From Escherichia coli (GTDB taxonomy: Bacteria > Pseudomonadota > Gammaproteobacteria > Enterobacterales > Enterobacteriaceae): a stretch of 64,000 nucleotides of DNA. Shown here piece by piece: positions 23,653 through 39,177 of this stretch. The DNA lies in the NCBI RefSeq assembly GCF_013122565.1, contig NZ_CP053258.1. One strand, 5' to 3'. The notes beneath the pieces were generated by a model. It was not told where the DNA came from. It saw nothing but the letters and a program-made list of their open reading frames with translations, and did not search any database. The translations under genes were made by a program, and so were the position numbers. Position 1 is the stretch's first letter. Each line of letters opens with the position of its first letter.

Positions 23653-25457
23653 TGGAAGGTTCCGATTTTTTACTCGCAGGAGTGTTGTTTCTCTTCGCGG
23701 CGGTGGCTGCGGTGCCGCTGGCATCGCGGCTGGGTATTGGCGCTGTGTTGGGATATTTGCTGGCAGGGATTGCAATTGGCCCGTGGGGGCTGGGGTTTAT
23801 TAGCGACGTCGATGAGATCCTCCACTTTTCGGAACTCGGCGTGGTGTTCCTGATGTTTATCATCGGCCTTGAGTTGAATCCCTCCAAGCTTTGGCAACTG
23901 CGGCGTTCGATTTTTGGCGTAGGCGCGGCACAGGTGCTGTTAAGCGCGGCGTTGCTGGCGGGATTATTGATGCTGACGGATTTCGCCTGGCAGGCGGCGG
24001 TGGTCGGTGGCATTGGCCTTGCGATGTCTTCGACCGCAATGGCGTTGCAACTGATGCGTGAGAAAGGGATGAATCGTAGCGAATCCGGGCAGCTCGGGTT
24101 TTCGGTTCTGCTGTTTCAGGATCTGGCAGTGATCCCGGCACTGGCGTTAGTGCCGTTGTTGGCGGGGTCGGCAGACGAACATTTTGACTGGATGAAGATC
24201 GGCATGAAGGTGCTGGCGTTTGTTGGCATGCTGATTGGCGGGCGCTATTTACTGCGTCCGGTATTCCGTTTTATTGCAGCTTCTGGCGTGAGGGAAGTGT
24301 TCACCGCCGCGACGTTACTGCTGGTGTTGGGTTCCGCATTGTTTATGGATGCGCTTGGGCTGTCGATGGCGCTCGGTACGTTTATTGCGGGCGTGCTGCT
24401 GGCGGAAAGTGAATATCGCCATGAACTGGAAACGGCTATCGATCCCTTCAAAGGCTTGCTGCTCGGTTTGTTCTTTATCTCTGTCGGCATGTCACTCAAT
24501 CTCGGGGTGCTTTATACCCATCTGTTGTGGGTAGTGATAAGCGTGGTTGTGCTGGTGACGGTGAAAATTCTCGTGCTATATCTGCTGGCGCGATTATATG
24601 GCGTGCGTAGCTCAGAGCGGATGCAGTTTGCTGGCGTGTTGAGTCAGGGCGGCGAGTTTGCCTTTGTCCTCTTTTCTACTGCTTCTTCGCAACGGTTGTT
24701 TCAGGGCGACCAGATGGCGCTGTTGTTGGTGACGGTAACGCTTTCTATGATGACCACGCCACTGCTGATGAAGCTGGTGGATAAATGGCTATCCCGCCAG
24801 TTTAACGGACCAGAAGAAGAAGACGAAAAACCGTGGGTCAACGATGATAAACCGCAGGTCATTGTCGTGGGCTTCGGGCGTTTTGGGCAGGTGATTGGTC
24901 GTTTGCTGATGGCAAATAAAATGCGCATTACTGTGCTGGAGCGGGATATCAGCGCCGTTAACCTGATGCGTAAATATGGCTACAAAGTTTATTACGGTGA
25001 TGCCACGCAAGTCGATCTGTTGCGCTCTGCAGGTGCCGAGGCCGCAGAATCTATCGTGATCACCTGTAACGAACCGGAAGACACCATGAAGCTGGTGGAA
25101 ATATGCCAGCAGCACTTTCCGCATTTGCATATTCTTGCGCGAGCGCGCGGACGTGTGGAAGCGCATGAGTTATTACAGGCAGGGGTGACGCAGTTTTCCC
25201 GTGAAACATTCTCCAGTGCGTTAGAGCTGGGGCGCAAGACGCTGGTCACGCTTGGCATGCATCCGCATCAGGCACAGCGGGCGCAACTGCATTTTCGCCG
25301 CCTGGATATGCGGATGCTGCGAGAGCTCATCCCAATGCATACCGATACCGTACAAATTTCTCGCGCCAGGGAAGCCCGACGCGAACTGGAAGAGATTTTC
25401 CAGCGTGAAATGCAACAAGAACGACGCCAGCTTGACGGCTGGGATGAATTTGAGTAG
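23652..25457 (+). CDS. kefB: Glutathione-regulated potassium-efflux system protein KefB
   Basis: 601-aa ORF-track protein with CPA2 membrane domain and C-terminal KTN/RCK domain. Confidence 0.96.
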   Translation: MEGSDFLLAGVLFLFAAVAAVPLASRLGIGAVLGYLLAGIAIGPWGLGFISDVDEILHFSELGVVFLMFIIGLELNPSKLWQLRRSIFGVGAAQVLLSAALLAGLLMLTDFAWQAAVVGGIGLAMSSTAMALQLMREKGMNRSESGQLGFSVLLFQDLAVIPALALVPLLAGSADEHFDWMKIGMKVLAFVGMLIGGRYLLRPVFRFIAASGVREVFTAATLLLVLGSALFMDALGLSMALGTFIAGVLLAESEYRHELETAIDPFKGLLLGLFFISVGMSLNLGVLYTHLLWVVISVVVLVTVKILVLYLLARLYGVRSSERMQFAGVLSQGGEFAFVLFSTASSQRLFQGDQMALLLVTVTLSMMTTPLLMKLVDKWLSRQFNGPEEEDEKPWVNDDKPQVIVVGFGRFGQVIGRLLMANKMRITVLERDISAVNLMRKYGYKVYYGDATQVDLLRSAGAEAAESIVITCNEPEDTMKLVEICQQHFPHLHILARARGRVEAHELLQAGVTQFSRETFSSALELGRKTLVTLGMHPHQAQRAQLHFRRLDMRMLRELIPMHTDTVQISRAREARRELEEIFQREMQQERRQLDGWDEFE

Positions 25458-25466
25458 AGGGTAAAG

Positions 25467-25667
25467 ATGGCAATCCGAAAACGTTTTATTGCGGGCGCAA
25501 AATGCCCGGCCTGTCAGGCGCAGGATTCAATGGCGATGTGGCGCGAAAATAATATTGATATTGTTGAATGTGTTAAGTGTGGACATCAGATGCGAGAAGC
25601 AGACAAAGAAGCCCGCGATCACGTTCGCAAAGATGAGCAAGTGATCGGGATTTTTCATCCGGACTAG
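25467..25667 (+). CDS. yheV: Small zinc-ribbon-like protein YheV
   Basis: 66-aa ORF-track protein with CPAC...CVKCGH cysteine pairs. Confidence 0.85.
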   Translation: MAIRKRFIAGAKCPACQAQDSMAMWRENNIDIVECVKCGHQMREADKEARDHVRKDEQVIGIFHPD

Positions 25668-25761
25668 CGATATGCGCCGAGTTTTTTTAAGCTAGTGAGT
25701 ACACGGCTGCAGAATTCCGCTACAATCTGCGCCACTATTCTTCCCATGCTCAGGAGATATC

Positions 25762-26352
25762 ATGAAAGTAGCAAAAGACCTGGTGGTCAGCCTGGCCTAT
25801 CAGGTACGTACAGAAGACGGTGTGTTGGTTGATGAGTCTCCGGTGAGTGCGCCGCTGGACTACCTGCATGGTCACGGTTCCCTGATCTCTGGCCTGGAAA
25901 CGGCGCTGGAAGGTCATGAAGTTGGCGACAAATTTGATGTCGCTGTTGGCGCGAACGACGCTTACGGTCAGTACGACGAAAACCTGGTGCAACGTGTGCC
26001 TAAAGACGTATTTATGGGCGTTGATGAACTGCAGGTAGGTATGCGTTTCCTGGCTGAAACCGACCAGGGTCCGGTACCGGTTGAAATCACTGCGGTTGAA
26101 GACGATCACGTCGTGGTTGATGGTAACCACATGCTGGCCGGTCAGAACCTGAAATTCAACGTTGAAGTTGTGGCGATTCGCGAAGCGACTGAAGAAGAGC
26201 TGGCTCATGGCCACGTTCACGGTGCGCACGATCATCACCACGATCACGACCACGACGGTTGCTGCGGCGGTCATGGCCACGATCACGGCCATGAACACGG
26301 TGGCGAAGGCTGCTGTGGCGGTAAAGGCAACGGCGGTTGCGGTTGCCACTAA
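25762..26352 (+). CDS. slyD: FKBP-type peptidyl-prolyl isomerase/chaperone SlyD with His/Cys-rich metal-binding tail
   Basis: 196-aa ORF-track protein; C-terminus HGHVHGAHDHHHDHDHDGCCGGHGHDHGHEHGG. Confidence 0.97.
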   Translation: MKVAKDLVVSLAYQVRTEDGVLVDESPVSAPLDYLHGHGSLISGLETALEGHEVGDKFDVAVGANDAYGQYDENLVQRVPKDVFMGVDELQVGMRFLAETDQGPVPVEITAVEDDHVVVDGNHMLAGQNLKFNVEVVAIREATEEELAHGHVHGAHDHHHDHDHDGCCGGHGHDHGHEHGGEGCCGGKGNGGCGCH

Positions 26353-26373
26353 TACCGAAAAAGTGACAAAAAA

Positions 26374-26395
26374 GCGGGGAATCCCCGCTTTTTTT
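26374..26395. terminator. Bidirectional intrinsic terminator between convergent slyD and slyX
   Basis: Stem gcgggga/tccccgc flanked by A-run upstream and T-run downstream. Confidence 0.8.
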
Positions 26396-26400
26396 ACGCC

Positions 26401-26619
26401 TCAATAATGTGGCGGTGGCGTTTCTTCAGCCTGCGACGCAATGTTCGACGGCTGGCTGGCTTTTAACTTCTCGGTCAGCAGACGCAGATGATCGCGCAGT
26501 TTCGCCATCTCCATTTCATGAGCGGTCACCGTGACGTTCAGTTCTTCAATGGTGATTTCCTGAAAAGCCAGTCGGCTCTCCAGCTCTGCCAGGCGTGCTT
26601 CCAATGATAAATCCTGCAT
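26401..26619 (-). CDS. slyX: Coiled-coil protein SlyX
   Basis: 72-aa ORF-track protein. Confidence 0.9.
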
Positions 26620-26839
26620 GATTCACCTCTTTTGTCGAATGGTCGCCGCGGATTCTACTTAACTTTGCTGCCCGAGACAGCACTCATTTCGCGGTCATCG
26701 AAACTAATTTAAACAAAAAGAGTCTGAAAATAGATGATAATAGGGCGTGTCTGTATGTAGATTTGTTCGACAACGCTTTATAGTACCCTTCTGATAATAG
26801 TTAACCCTGGGGTGAGATGCCCCGATCCTGGAGATATGG

Positions 26840-27652
26840 ATGAAATCACTGTTTAAAGTAACGCTGCTGGCGACCACAATGGCCGTTGCCCTGCATGCAC
26901 CGATCACTTTTGCTGCTGAAGCTGCAAAACCTGCTACAACTGCTGACAGCAAAGCAGCGTTCAAAAATGACGATCAGAAATCAGCTTATGCACTGGGTGC
27001 TTCGCTGGGTCGTTACATGGAAAACTCTCTTAAAGAACAAGAAAAACTGGGCATCAAACTGGATAAAGATCAGCTGATCGCTGGTGTTCAGGATGCATTT
27101 GCTGATAAGAGCAAACTCTCCGACCAAGAGATCGAACAGACACTGCAAGCATTCGAAGCTCGCGTGAAGTCTTCTGCTCAGGCGAAGATGGAAAAAGACG
27201 CGGCAGATAACGAAGCGAAAGGTAAAGAGTACCGCGAGAAATTTGCCAAAGAGAAAGGTGTGAAAACCTCTTCAACTGGTCTGGTTTATCAGGTAGTCGA
27301 AGCCGGTAAAGGCGAAGCACCGAAAGACAGCGATACTGTTGTCGTGAACTACAAAGGTACGCTGATCGACGGTAAAGAGTTCGACAACTCTTACACCCGT
27401 GGTGAACCGCTCTCTTTCCGTCTGGACGGTGTTATCCCGGGGTGGACAGAAGGTCTGAAGAACATCAAGAAAGGCGGTAAGATCAAACTGGTTATTCCAC
27501 CAGAACTGGCTTACGGCAAAGCGGGTGTTCCGGGGATCCCACCGAATTCTACCCTGGTGTTTGACGTAGAGCTGCTGGATGTGAAACCAGCGCCGAAGGC
27601 TGATGCAAAGCCGGAAGCTGATGCGAAAGCCGCAGATTCTGCTAAAAAATAA
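26840..27652 (+). CDS. fkpA: Periplasmic FKBP-type peptidyl-prolyl isomerase FkpA
   Basis: 270-aa ORF-track protein with signal peptide and C-terminal FKBP domain. Confidence 0.96.
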   Translation: MKSLFKVTLLATTMAVALHAPITFAAEAAKPATTADSKAAFKNDDQKSAYALGASLGRYMENSLKEQEKLGIKLDKDQLIAGVQDAFADKSKLSDQEIEQTLQAFEARVKSSAQAKMEKDAADNEAKGKEYREKFAKEKGVKTSSTGLVYQVVEAGKGEAPKDSDTVVVNYKGTLIDGKEFDNSYTRGEPLSFRLDGVIPGWTEGLKNIKKGGKIKLVIPPELAYGKAGVPGIPPNSTLVFDVELLDVKPAPKADAKPEADAKAADSAKK

Positions 27653-27662
27653 GCATTAAGAA

Positions 27663-27692
27663 CCGCCGCCTGACCAGGCGGCGGTTTTTTTA
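27663..27692 (+). terminator. Intrinsic terminator downstream of fkpA
   Basis: Stem ccgccgcc/ggcggcgg followed by tttttttatt. Confidence 0.85.
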
Positions 27693-27818
27693 TTACAGGC
27701 CGGATATAATTAGTGCTGGAAAGCGGAACCTCCGCTGTATTAATTTAGTTACCCGCATCATTAATGAGCCTGCCCTGAAAAGTTAACGACAGGCTCCTGA
27801 AAAGGAGTGTTTTTTTTC

Positions 27819-28926
<1,108 letters not shown>

Positions 28927-28927
<1 letters not shown>

Positions 28928-29286
28928 TGAAACGAATTGCGTTTGTTTTTTCTACTGTGCCTCATGGTACCGCTGCCGGGCGGGAAGGTTTAGATGCTTT
29001 ACTGGCAACTTCCGCGTTAACTGACGAGCTGGCCGTCTTCTTTATTGCTGATGGCGTTTTTCAGCTACTGCCAGGACAAAAGCCCGGTGCGGTGCTGGCG
29101 CGTGATTACATTGCCACTTTTAAATTGTTGGGTCTGTACGACATTGAACAGTGCTGGGTTTGTGCGGCTTCACTGCGCGAACGTGGGTTAGATCCGCAGA
29201 CACCCTTTGTTGTCGAAGCCACGCCGCTCGAAGCAGATGCCTTACGCCGCGAACTTGGCAACTACGATGTAATTTTGAGGTTTTGA
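28927..29286 (+). CDS. tusC: Sulfurtransferase complex subunit TusC
   Basis: 119-aa ORF-track protein; start overlaps tusD stop. Confidence 0.94.
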
Positions 29287-29293
29287 GGCGTTT

Positions 29294-29581
29294 ATGCTGC
29301 ACACATTACATCGCTCACCCTGGCTGACGGATTTTGCTGCGCTGCTGCGTCTGCTCAGTGAAGGCGACGAACTGCTATTATTGCAAGATGGCGTAACTGC
29401 CGTAGTTGACGGTAACCGCTACCTTGAAAGTCTGCGTAATGCCCCCATTAAGGTCTATGCCCTGAACGAAGACCTTATTGCCCGCGGTTTGACTGGTCAA
29501 ATTTCGAACGACATCATTCCAATTGACTATACTGATTTCGTCAGACTTACGGTTAAGCACTCCAGCCAGATGGCCTGGTGA
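29294..29581 (+). CDS. tusB: Sulfurtransferase complex subunit TusB
   Basis: 95-aa ORF-track protein. Confidence 0.94.
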   Translation: MLHTLHRSPWLTDFAALLRLLSEGDELLLLQDGVTAVVDGNRYLESLRNAPIKVYALNEDLIARGLTGQISNDIIPIDYTDFVRLTVKHSSQMAW

Positions 29582-29603
29582 TGGCGGGATCGTTGTATAT
29601 TTC

Positions 29604-30648
<1,045 letters not shown>

Positions 30649-30732
30649 TCCCTTCGGAGTTTTAGTCACCAGGCGGGCGCTTCCAGTAAGCAGCCCGCTT
30701 TGGGCTACTTAAATTGAACGCCTAAAAGATAA

Positions 30733-32859
<2,127 letters not shown>

Positions 32860-32872
32860 GCCTAAGGGTTAA

Positions 32873-34114
<1,242 letters not shown>

Positions 34115-34143
34115 TTACTCGTTAATTAGTTTTGAATTAAAAA

Positions 34144-34165
34144 GGGCGCTTCGGCGCCCTTTTTG
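34144..34165 (+). terminator. Intrinsic terminator of the str operon after tufA
   Basis: Stem gggcgc/gcgccc with loop ttcg, followed by ttttt. Confidence 0.85.
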
Positions 34166-34405
34166 CATTTATTGATTGCATATCTTATTTGTAATATCAG
34201 AACGAACAAATCATTCATAATTAAAATATCATATTGAATTGATATTTTAATTATGAATATTTCTGTTTTTAAAATGCTTCATTTATCAGGCTTTTTTCTT
34301 ATTTTTAATGCTGTAATTCAATTCATATTGAAGGGTTCTCGTAAAATGTAAATAATTACTACGTAGGACTTTTGTTTTGTAGTTTTTACGTCACAAGGGA
34401 TTATA

Positions 34406-37099
34406 ATGAAATTAAATATATTTACTAAATCTATGATTGGTATGGGGCTGGTGTGTTCTGCTCTGCCTGCATTTGCTATTGAAGCATGGAATAACCAACA
34501 AGGTGGTAATAAATATCAGGTTATTTTCGATGGCAAAATTTATGAAAATGCCTGGTGGGTTTCTTCTACAAATTGCCCGGGAAAAGCGAAAGCAAATGAT
34601 GCAACTAACCCGTGGCGTTTAAAGCGTACCGCGACAGCTGCTGAAATTAGTCAGTTTGGCAATACACTTTCCTGCGAAAAGAGCGGTAGCTCATCGTCTT
34701 CAACTTCAAATACGCCAGCATCTAATACGCCGGCTAATGGCGGTTCGGCTACACCAGCACAGGGCACTGTTCCGTCTAATTCTTCTGTAGTTGCCTGGAA
34801 TAAACAGCAGGGCGGTCAGACCTGGTATGTCGTCTTTAATGGTGCGGTATATAAAAATGCCTGGTGGGTAGCCTCTTCTAACTGCCCGGGTGATGCGAAA
34901 GGCAATGATGCCAGCAACCCATGGCGTTATGTTCGTGCCGCTACGGCAACGGAAATCTCAGAAACCAGTAATCCACAGTCCTGTACTTCAGCACCACAGC
35001 CTGCACCGGATGTGAAACCGGCACCGGACGTTAAACCGGCTCCTGATGTTCAGCCAGCCCCGGCTGATAAGTCAAACGACAACTATGCTGTCGCAGCCTG
35101 GAAAGGTCAGGAAGGTTCTTCTACATGGTACGTTATCTACAACGGCGGCATTTATAAGAACGCCTGGTGGGTAGGCGCGGCAAATTGCCCAGGCGATGCG
35201 AAAGAAAACGATGCCAGCAACCCATGGCGTTATGTTCGCGCGGCAACGGCAACAGAAATCAGCCAGTATGGTAACCCAGGCTCCTGTTCCGTTAAGCCTG
35301 ATAATAATGGCGGTGCTGTGACTCCGGTTGATCCAACTCCGGAAACTCCGGTTACCCCAACTCCGGATAACAACGAGCCATCAACACCAGCGGATAGCGG
35401 TAACGATTACTCATTGCAAGCGTGGAGCGGCCAGGAAGGTAGCGAAATTTACCATGTTATTTTCAATGGTAATGTTTACAAGAATGCCTGGTGGGTTGGT
35501 TCTAAAGATTGCCCACGGGGTACCAGCGCTGAAAACTCCAATAACCCATGGCGTCTCGTGCGCACAGCTACCGCTGCGGAAATGAGTCAGTATGGTAACC
35601 CGACTACCTGTGAAATTGATAATGGCGGCGTCATTGTTGCGGATGGTTTCCAGGCCAGCAAAGCGTACAGCGCAAACAGCATCGTAGATTATAACGATGC
35701 ACATTATAAAACCTCTGTCGATCAAGACGCATGGGGCTTTGTCCCGGGCGGCGATAACCCGTGGAAGAAATACGAACCGGCGAAAGCATGGTCCGCTTCC
35801 ACCGTGTACTTGAAAGGTGATCGCGTTGTTGTTGATGGGCAGGCTTATGAAGCGCTGTTCTGGACGCAAAGTGACAACCCTGCTCTGGTTGCGAACCAAA
35901 ACGCCACCGGTAGCAATAGCCGCCCGTGGAAGCCGTTAGGTAAGGCTCAGAGCTATAGCAACGAAGAGCTGAATAATGCGCCGCAGTTTAATCCAGAAAC
36001 GCTTTATGCCAGTGATACGCTGATTCGTTTTAACGGTGAGAACTACATTTCTCAGAGTAAAGTGCAGAAAGTTTCCCCTTCTGACAGCAACCCGTGGCGT
36101 GTCTTTGTTGACTGGACCGGAACCAAAGAACGTGTAGGTACGCCGAAGAAAGCGTGGCCGAAACACGTTTATGCACCGTATGTCGACTTTACGCTGAATA
36201 CGATCCCGGATCTGGCTGCGCTGGCTAAGAATCATAACGTCAACCACTTCACGCTGGCGTTTGTGGTGAGTAAAGATGCGAACACCTGTCTGCCGACATG
36301 GGGTACCGCTTACGGTATGCAGAATTACGCTCAGTACAGCAAAATCAAAGCTCTGCGTGAGGCTGGCGGCGATGTGATGCTGTCTATCGGTGGTGCTAAC
36401 AACGCTCCGCTGGCTGCTTCCTGTAAGAACGTAGACGATCTGATGCAGCATTATTATGACATCGTTGATAACCTGAACCTCAAAGTCCTGGACTTCGATA
36501 TCGAAGGCACCTGGGTTGCGGATCAGGCATCTATTGAACGTCGTAACCTTGCTGTGAAGAAAGTGCAGGATAAATGGAAGTCAGAAGGCAAAGATATTGC
36601 TATCTGGTATACCTTGCCAATTCTGCCGACTGGCCTGACGCCGGAAGGGATGAATGTCCTGAGCGATGCCAAAGCGAAAGGTGTTGAGCTGGCGGGTGTG
36701 AACGTGATGACAATGGATTACGGTAACGCGATTTGTCAGTCTGCAAATACCGAAGGTCAGAACATCCACGGTAAGTGTGCTACGTCTGCGATTGCCAGCC
36801 TGCATGCGCAGTTGAAAGGCCTCTACGGCAATAAGAGCGATGCTGAAATTGACGCCATGATGGGTACCACGCCGATGGTTGGCGTGAACGACGTTCAGGG
36901 CGAGGTGTTCTATCTCTCTGATGCTCGTCTGGTCATGCAGGATGCGCAGAAGCGTAATCTCGGTATGGTTGGTATCTGGTCAATCGCGCGCGACCTGCCG
37001 GGCGGCACTAACCTGTCTCCGGAATTCCACGGTCTGACTAAAGAGCAGGCTCCGAAGTACGCATTTAGCGAAATCTTCGCGCCGTTTACTAAGCAATAA
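34406..37099 (+). CDS. chiA: Periplasmic endochitinase/lysozyme-like ChiA (GH18 catalytic domain with four N-terminal chitin-binding repeats)
   Basis: 897-aa ORF-track protein; signal peptide; four repeats of the AW(N/K)xQxGxxxYxVxFNGxxYKNAWWV...NPWR module; GH18 motif LDFDIEG. Confidence 0.95.
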   Translation: MKLNIFTKSMIGMGLVCSALPAFAIEAWNNQQGGNKYQVIFDGKIYENAWWVSSTNCPGKAKANDATNPWRLKRTATAAEISQFGNTLSCEKSGSSSSSTSNTPASNTPANGGSATPAQGTVPSNSSVVAWNKQQGGQTWYVVFNGAVYKNAWWVASSNCPGDAKGNDASNPWRYVRAATATEISETSNPQSCTSAPQPAPDVKPAPDVKPAPDVQPAPADKSNDNYAVAAWKGQEGSSTWYVIYNGGIYKNAWWVGAANCPGDAKENDASNPWRYVRAATATEISQYGNPGSCSVKPDNNGGAVTPVDPTPETPVTPTPDNNEPSTPADSGNDYSLQAWSGQEGSEIYHVIFNGNVYKNAWWVGSKDCPRGTSAENSNNPWRLVRTATAAEMSQYGNPTTCEIDNGGVIVADGFQASKAYSANSIVDYNDAHYKTSVDQDAWGFVPGGDNPWKKYEPAKAWSASTVYLKGDRVVVDGQAYEALFWTQSDNPALVANQNATGSNSRPWKPLGKAQSYSNEELNNAPQFNPETLYASDTLIRFNGENYISQSKVQKVSPSDSNPWRVFVDWTGTKERVGTPKKAWPKHVYAPYVDFTLNTIPDLAALAKNHNVNHFTLAFVVSKDANTCLPTWGTAYGMQNYAQYSKIKALREAGGDVMLSIGGANNAPLAASCKNVDDLMQHYYDIVDNLNLKVLDFDIEGTWVADQASIERRNLAVKKVQDKWKSEGKDIAIWYTLPILPTGLTPEGMNVLSDAKAKGVELAGVNVMTMDYGNAICQSANTEGQNIHGKCATSAIASLHAQLKGLYGNKSDAEIDAMMGTTPMVGVNDVQGEVFYLSDARLVMQDAQKRNLGMVGIWSIARDLPGGTNLSPEFHGLTKEQAPKYAFSEIFAPFTKQ
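35000..35071 (+). repeat. In-frame 18-bp tandem repeat encoding the Pro-rich linker (PAPDVK)x2-PAPDVQ-PAPADK within chiA
   Basis: Four consecutive 18-nt units read from sequence. Confidence 0.8.
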
Positions 37100-37106
37100 A
37101 TGTGTT

Positions 37107-37137
37107 GGCGATACCTTCCGGTATCGCCGCATTTTTT
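37107..37137 (+). terminator. Intrinsic terminator downstream of chiA
   Basis: 9-bp stem ggcgatacc/ggtatcgcc, loop ttcc, followed by gcatttttt. Confidence 0.85.
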
Positions 37138-37140
37138 GTC

Positions 37141-37173
37141 AATGGGCTACTTTTGGTAGCCCATTATTTTTAT
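37141..37173 (+). terminator. Second hairpin with T-run immediately after the chiA terminator (tandem terminator)
   Basis: 10-bp stem aatgggctac/gtagcccatt, loop ttttg, followed by atttttatt. Confidence 0.5.
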
Positions 37174-37267
37174 TCATATTTCTATTTTTTGCTTAAAAAA
37201 GAGTCTTTCCGTAATTGAAATAAGAACTATTTTCATTTATTTTTGAGGAAAGTATACGGGAGTCTCT

Positions 37268-37462
37268 ATGTACGTTTGTCTTTGTAATGGTATCAGCGAT
37301 AAAAAAATTCGTCAGGCTGTGCGCCAGTTTTCCCCCCACTCGTTCCAGCAATTAAAAAAATTTATTCCGGTCGGCAATCAGTGCGGTAAATGTATCCGGG
37401 CCGCGCGTGAAGTGATGGAGGATGAATTAATGCAGTTGCCGGAGTTTAAGGAGTCCGCATAA
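37268..37462 (+). CDS. bfd: Bacterioferritin-associated ferredoxin ([2Fe-2S])
   Basis: 64-aa ORF-track protein with CLC...CGKC cysteine pattern. Confidence 0.93.
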   Translation: MYVCLCNGISDKKIRQAVRQFSPHSFQQLKKFIPVGNQCGKCIRAAREVMEDELMQLPEFKESA

Positions 37463-37533
37463 ACGGAGTGTGTTTTTTGACTTACTCGTAAGCCGTTCTA
37501 CGCTTCAAAGAGTGGAAGCGAAGGAGTCAAAAA

Positions 37534-38010
37534 ATGAAAGGTGATACTAAAGTTATAAATTATCTCAACAAACTGTTGGGAAATGAGCTTGTCGCAATCA
37601 ATCAGTACTTTCTCCATGCCCGGATGTTTAAAAACTGGGGCCTCAAACGTCTCAATGATGTGGAGTATCATGAATCCATTGATGAGATGAAACATGCCGA
37701 TCGTTATATTGAGCGCATTCTTTTTCTGGAAGGTCTTCCAAACTTACAGGACCTGGGCAAACTGAACATTGGTGAAGATGTTGAGGAAATGCTGCGTTCT
37801 GATCTGGCACTTGAGCTGGATGGCGCGAAGAATTTGCGTGAGGCAATTGGTTATGCCGATAGCGTTCATGATTACGTCAGCCGCGATATGATGATAGAAA
37901 TTTTGCGCGATGAAGAAGGCCATATCGACTGGCTGGAAACGGAACTTGATCTGATTCAGAAGATGGGCCTGCAAAATTATCTGCAAGCACAGATCCGCGA
38001 AGAAGGTTGA
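37534..38010 (+). CDS. bfr: Bacterioferritin
   Basis: 158-aa ORF-track protein; SD aaggag. Confidence 0.97.
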
Positions 38011-38017
38011 GCCGTGT

Positions 38018-38037
38018 CGGGAGGGTGAACCCTCCCG
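38018..38037. other. Stem-loop between convergent bfr and gspO, adjacent to the gspO stop
   Basis: 8-bp stem cgggaggg/ccctcccg, loop tgaa; no U-tract on either strand. Confidence 0.45.
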
Positions 38038-38038
38038 G

Positions 38039-38716
38039 TTAATAAGAGATCCAGGCCAGATACCCCAGGTTTATCATGCTGCCGAGCGCAAGCCATGGGC
38101 CGAATGCAATAGTGGTTATAGTCCGGCGTTGCAGAAGTTGTGAAACGATGGCGTAACCAATGCCACCCAGCGAGGCAATCAGCAGTATCATTGGCAACGT
38201 TTGCCAGCCACACCACGCGCCTGCAGCGGCCAGTAGCTTGAAATCACCGTAGCCCAATCCCTCTTTGTGACAAACTAACCAGACGCCCCAGTAAACACAC
38301 CACAGCACCCCATAGCCAGCTACCGCGCCGTAAACCGCATCATGTAGATCAATTAATCCAGACTGCGCATTAAATACTAAGCCAAGCCAGAGCAGCGGTA
38401 AGGTGAGTTTGTCGGGCAGGAGCTGAGTGCGAAAATCAATAACACTGAGCGTGAGTGCGAAACAGAAATAGAGAAAGAGTGCGCCAGTCACTATGGGCGT
38501 GAAAGGTGCCAGGGCGCAGGCGATAGCAGCAGCAACGCAAAGTATCAGGGGCACTGTATCATGCCAGGCATATTTTTTTTGCCTGAAATGAACCAATACC
38601 TGGCGAAACGTTAACGCCGTTTTATCCTCCATAGGCGAGAGGTGATAGGCCATGGCATTAACAAAATAACCTGCAATAAAACCAATCAGAATGAAGAGCG
38701 GCAGTAGCATTGTCAT
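38039..38716 (-). CDS. gspO: Type II secretion prepilin peptidase (A24 family)
   Basis: 225-aa ORF-track polytopic membrane protein with prepilin-peptidase-like regions (VIDFRTQLLPD, GYGDFKL). Confidence 0.9.
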   Translation of the reverse strand: MTMLLPLFILIGFIAGYFVNAMAYHLSPMEDKTALTFRQVLVHFRQKKYAWHDTVPLILCVAAAIACALAPFTPIVTGALFLYFCFALTLSVIDFRTQLLPDKLTLPLLWLGLVFNAQSGLIDLHDAVYGAVAGYGVLWCVYWGVWLVCHKEGLGYGDFKLLAAAGAWCGWQTLPMILLIASLGGIGYAIVSQLLQRRTITTIAFGPWLALGSMINLGYLAWISY

Positions 38717-39177
38717 TATTGTTGCTCCCTGAAGGACAAATGCCTGAGGGTGATCTCTTCGTTTCCGGCAAGAGTAAACTGAAGGTCTTCAATAACAATA
38801 CCGTATGTTATCTGTACCTTAGTGAGCCAGTGGGAGACATTTTCGAGGGGAGCTGTGACAGGATGAATTGTCAGAGTATTGTCCGGGCCGTTTTCCAGCG
38901 TGATAGCCAAATTCTCACGTTTTGCTTCCTCGAGAAGGATATTTTTGATGGGCTGCGTAAGCGCAGGATGACCAAGTAAACCATGGGTGCTCGCTTGATC
39001 CTGCATCCATTTGATGTCCTTCTTAATTTTTTGCGCGTGGGACTGATGCTCTGCAATGTAGGTATCTATCGGTTTTATCACCCCAAGCCAACAAAAAACG
39101 CCGAGCGAGAGAACCGCCAGTGCCGCAACGATCTGTTTTTCCGATGTGGATTTTTCTGCCCACCATGATTTAATCAT
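38716..39177 (-). CDS. gspM: Type II secretion system protein M
   Basis: ORF-track frame 38716..39201; start placed at ATG 39177 (MIKSWW, 153 aa), preceded by AAGGAG and forming ATGA overlap with the gspL stop. Confidence 0.85.
   Translation of the reverse strand: MIKSWWAEKSTSEKQIVAALAVLSLGVFCWLGVIKPIDTYIAEHQSHAQKIKKDIKWMQDQASTHGLLGHPALTQPIKNILLEEAKRENLAITLENGPDNTLTIHPVTAPLENVSHWLTKVQITYGIVIEDLQFTLAGNEEITLRHLSFREQQ

Noticed and set aside
26220-26352. Simple-sequence-like cac/gat/ggc repeats at the slyD 3' end
   Set aside because: They encode the His/Asp/Gly/Cys-rich metal-binding tail of SlyD and are coding low-complexity sequence, not a repeat element.
26620-26839. Sigma-E promoter upstream of fkpA
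   Set aside because: A TCTGA -10-like pentamer is present near 26790 but I could not find a convincing GGAACTT -35 at the right spacing, so I do not call it.
37140-37267. Fur box upstream of bfd
   Set aside because: The region is AT-rich with loose GATAAT-like hexamers but nothing approaching the 19-bp consensus by eye; it would need a matrix scan.
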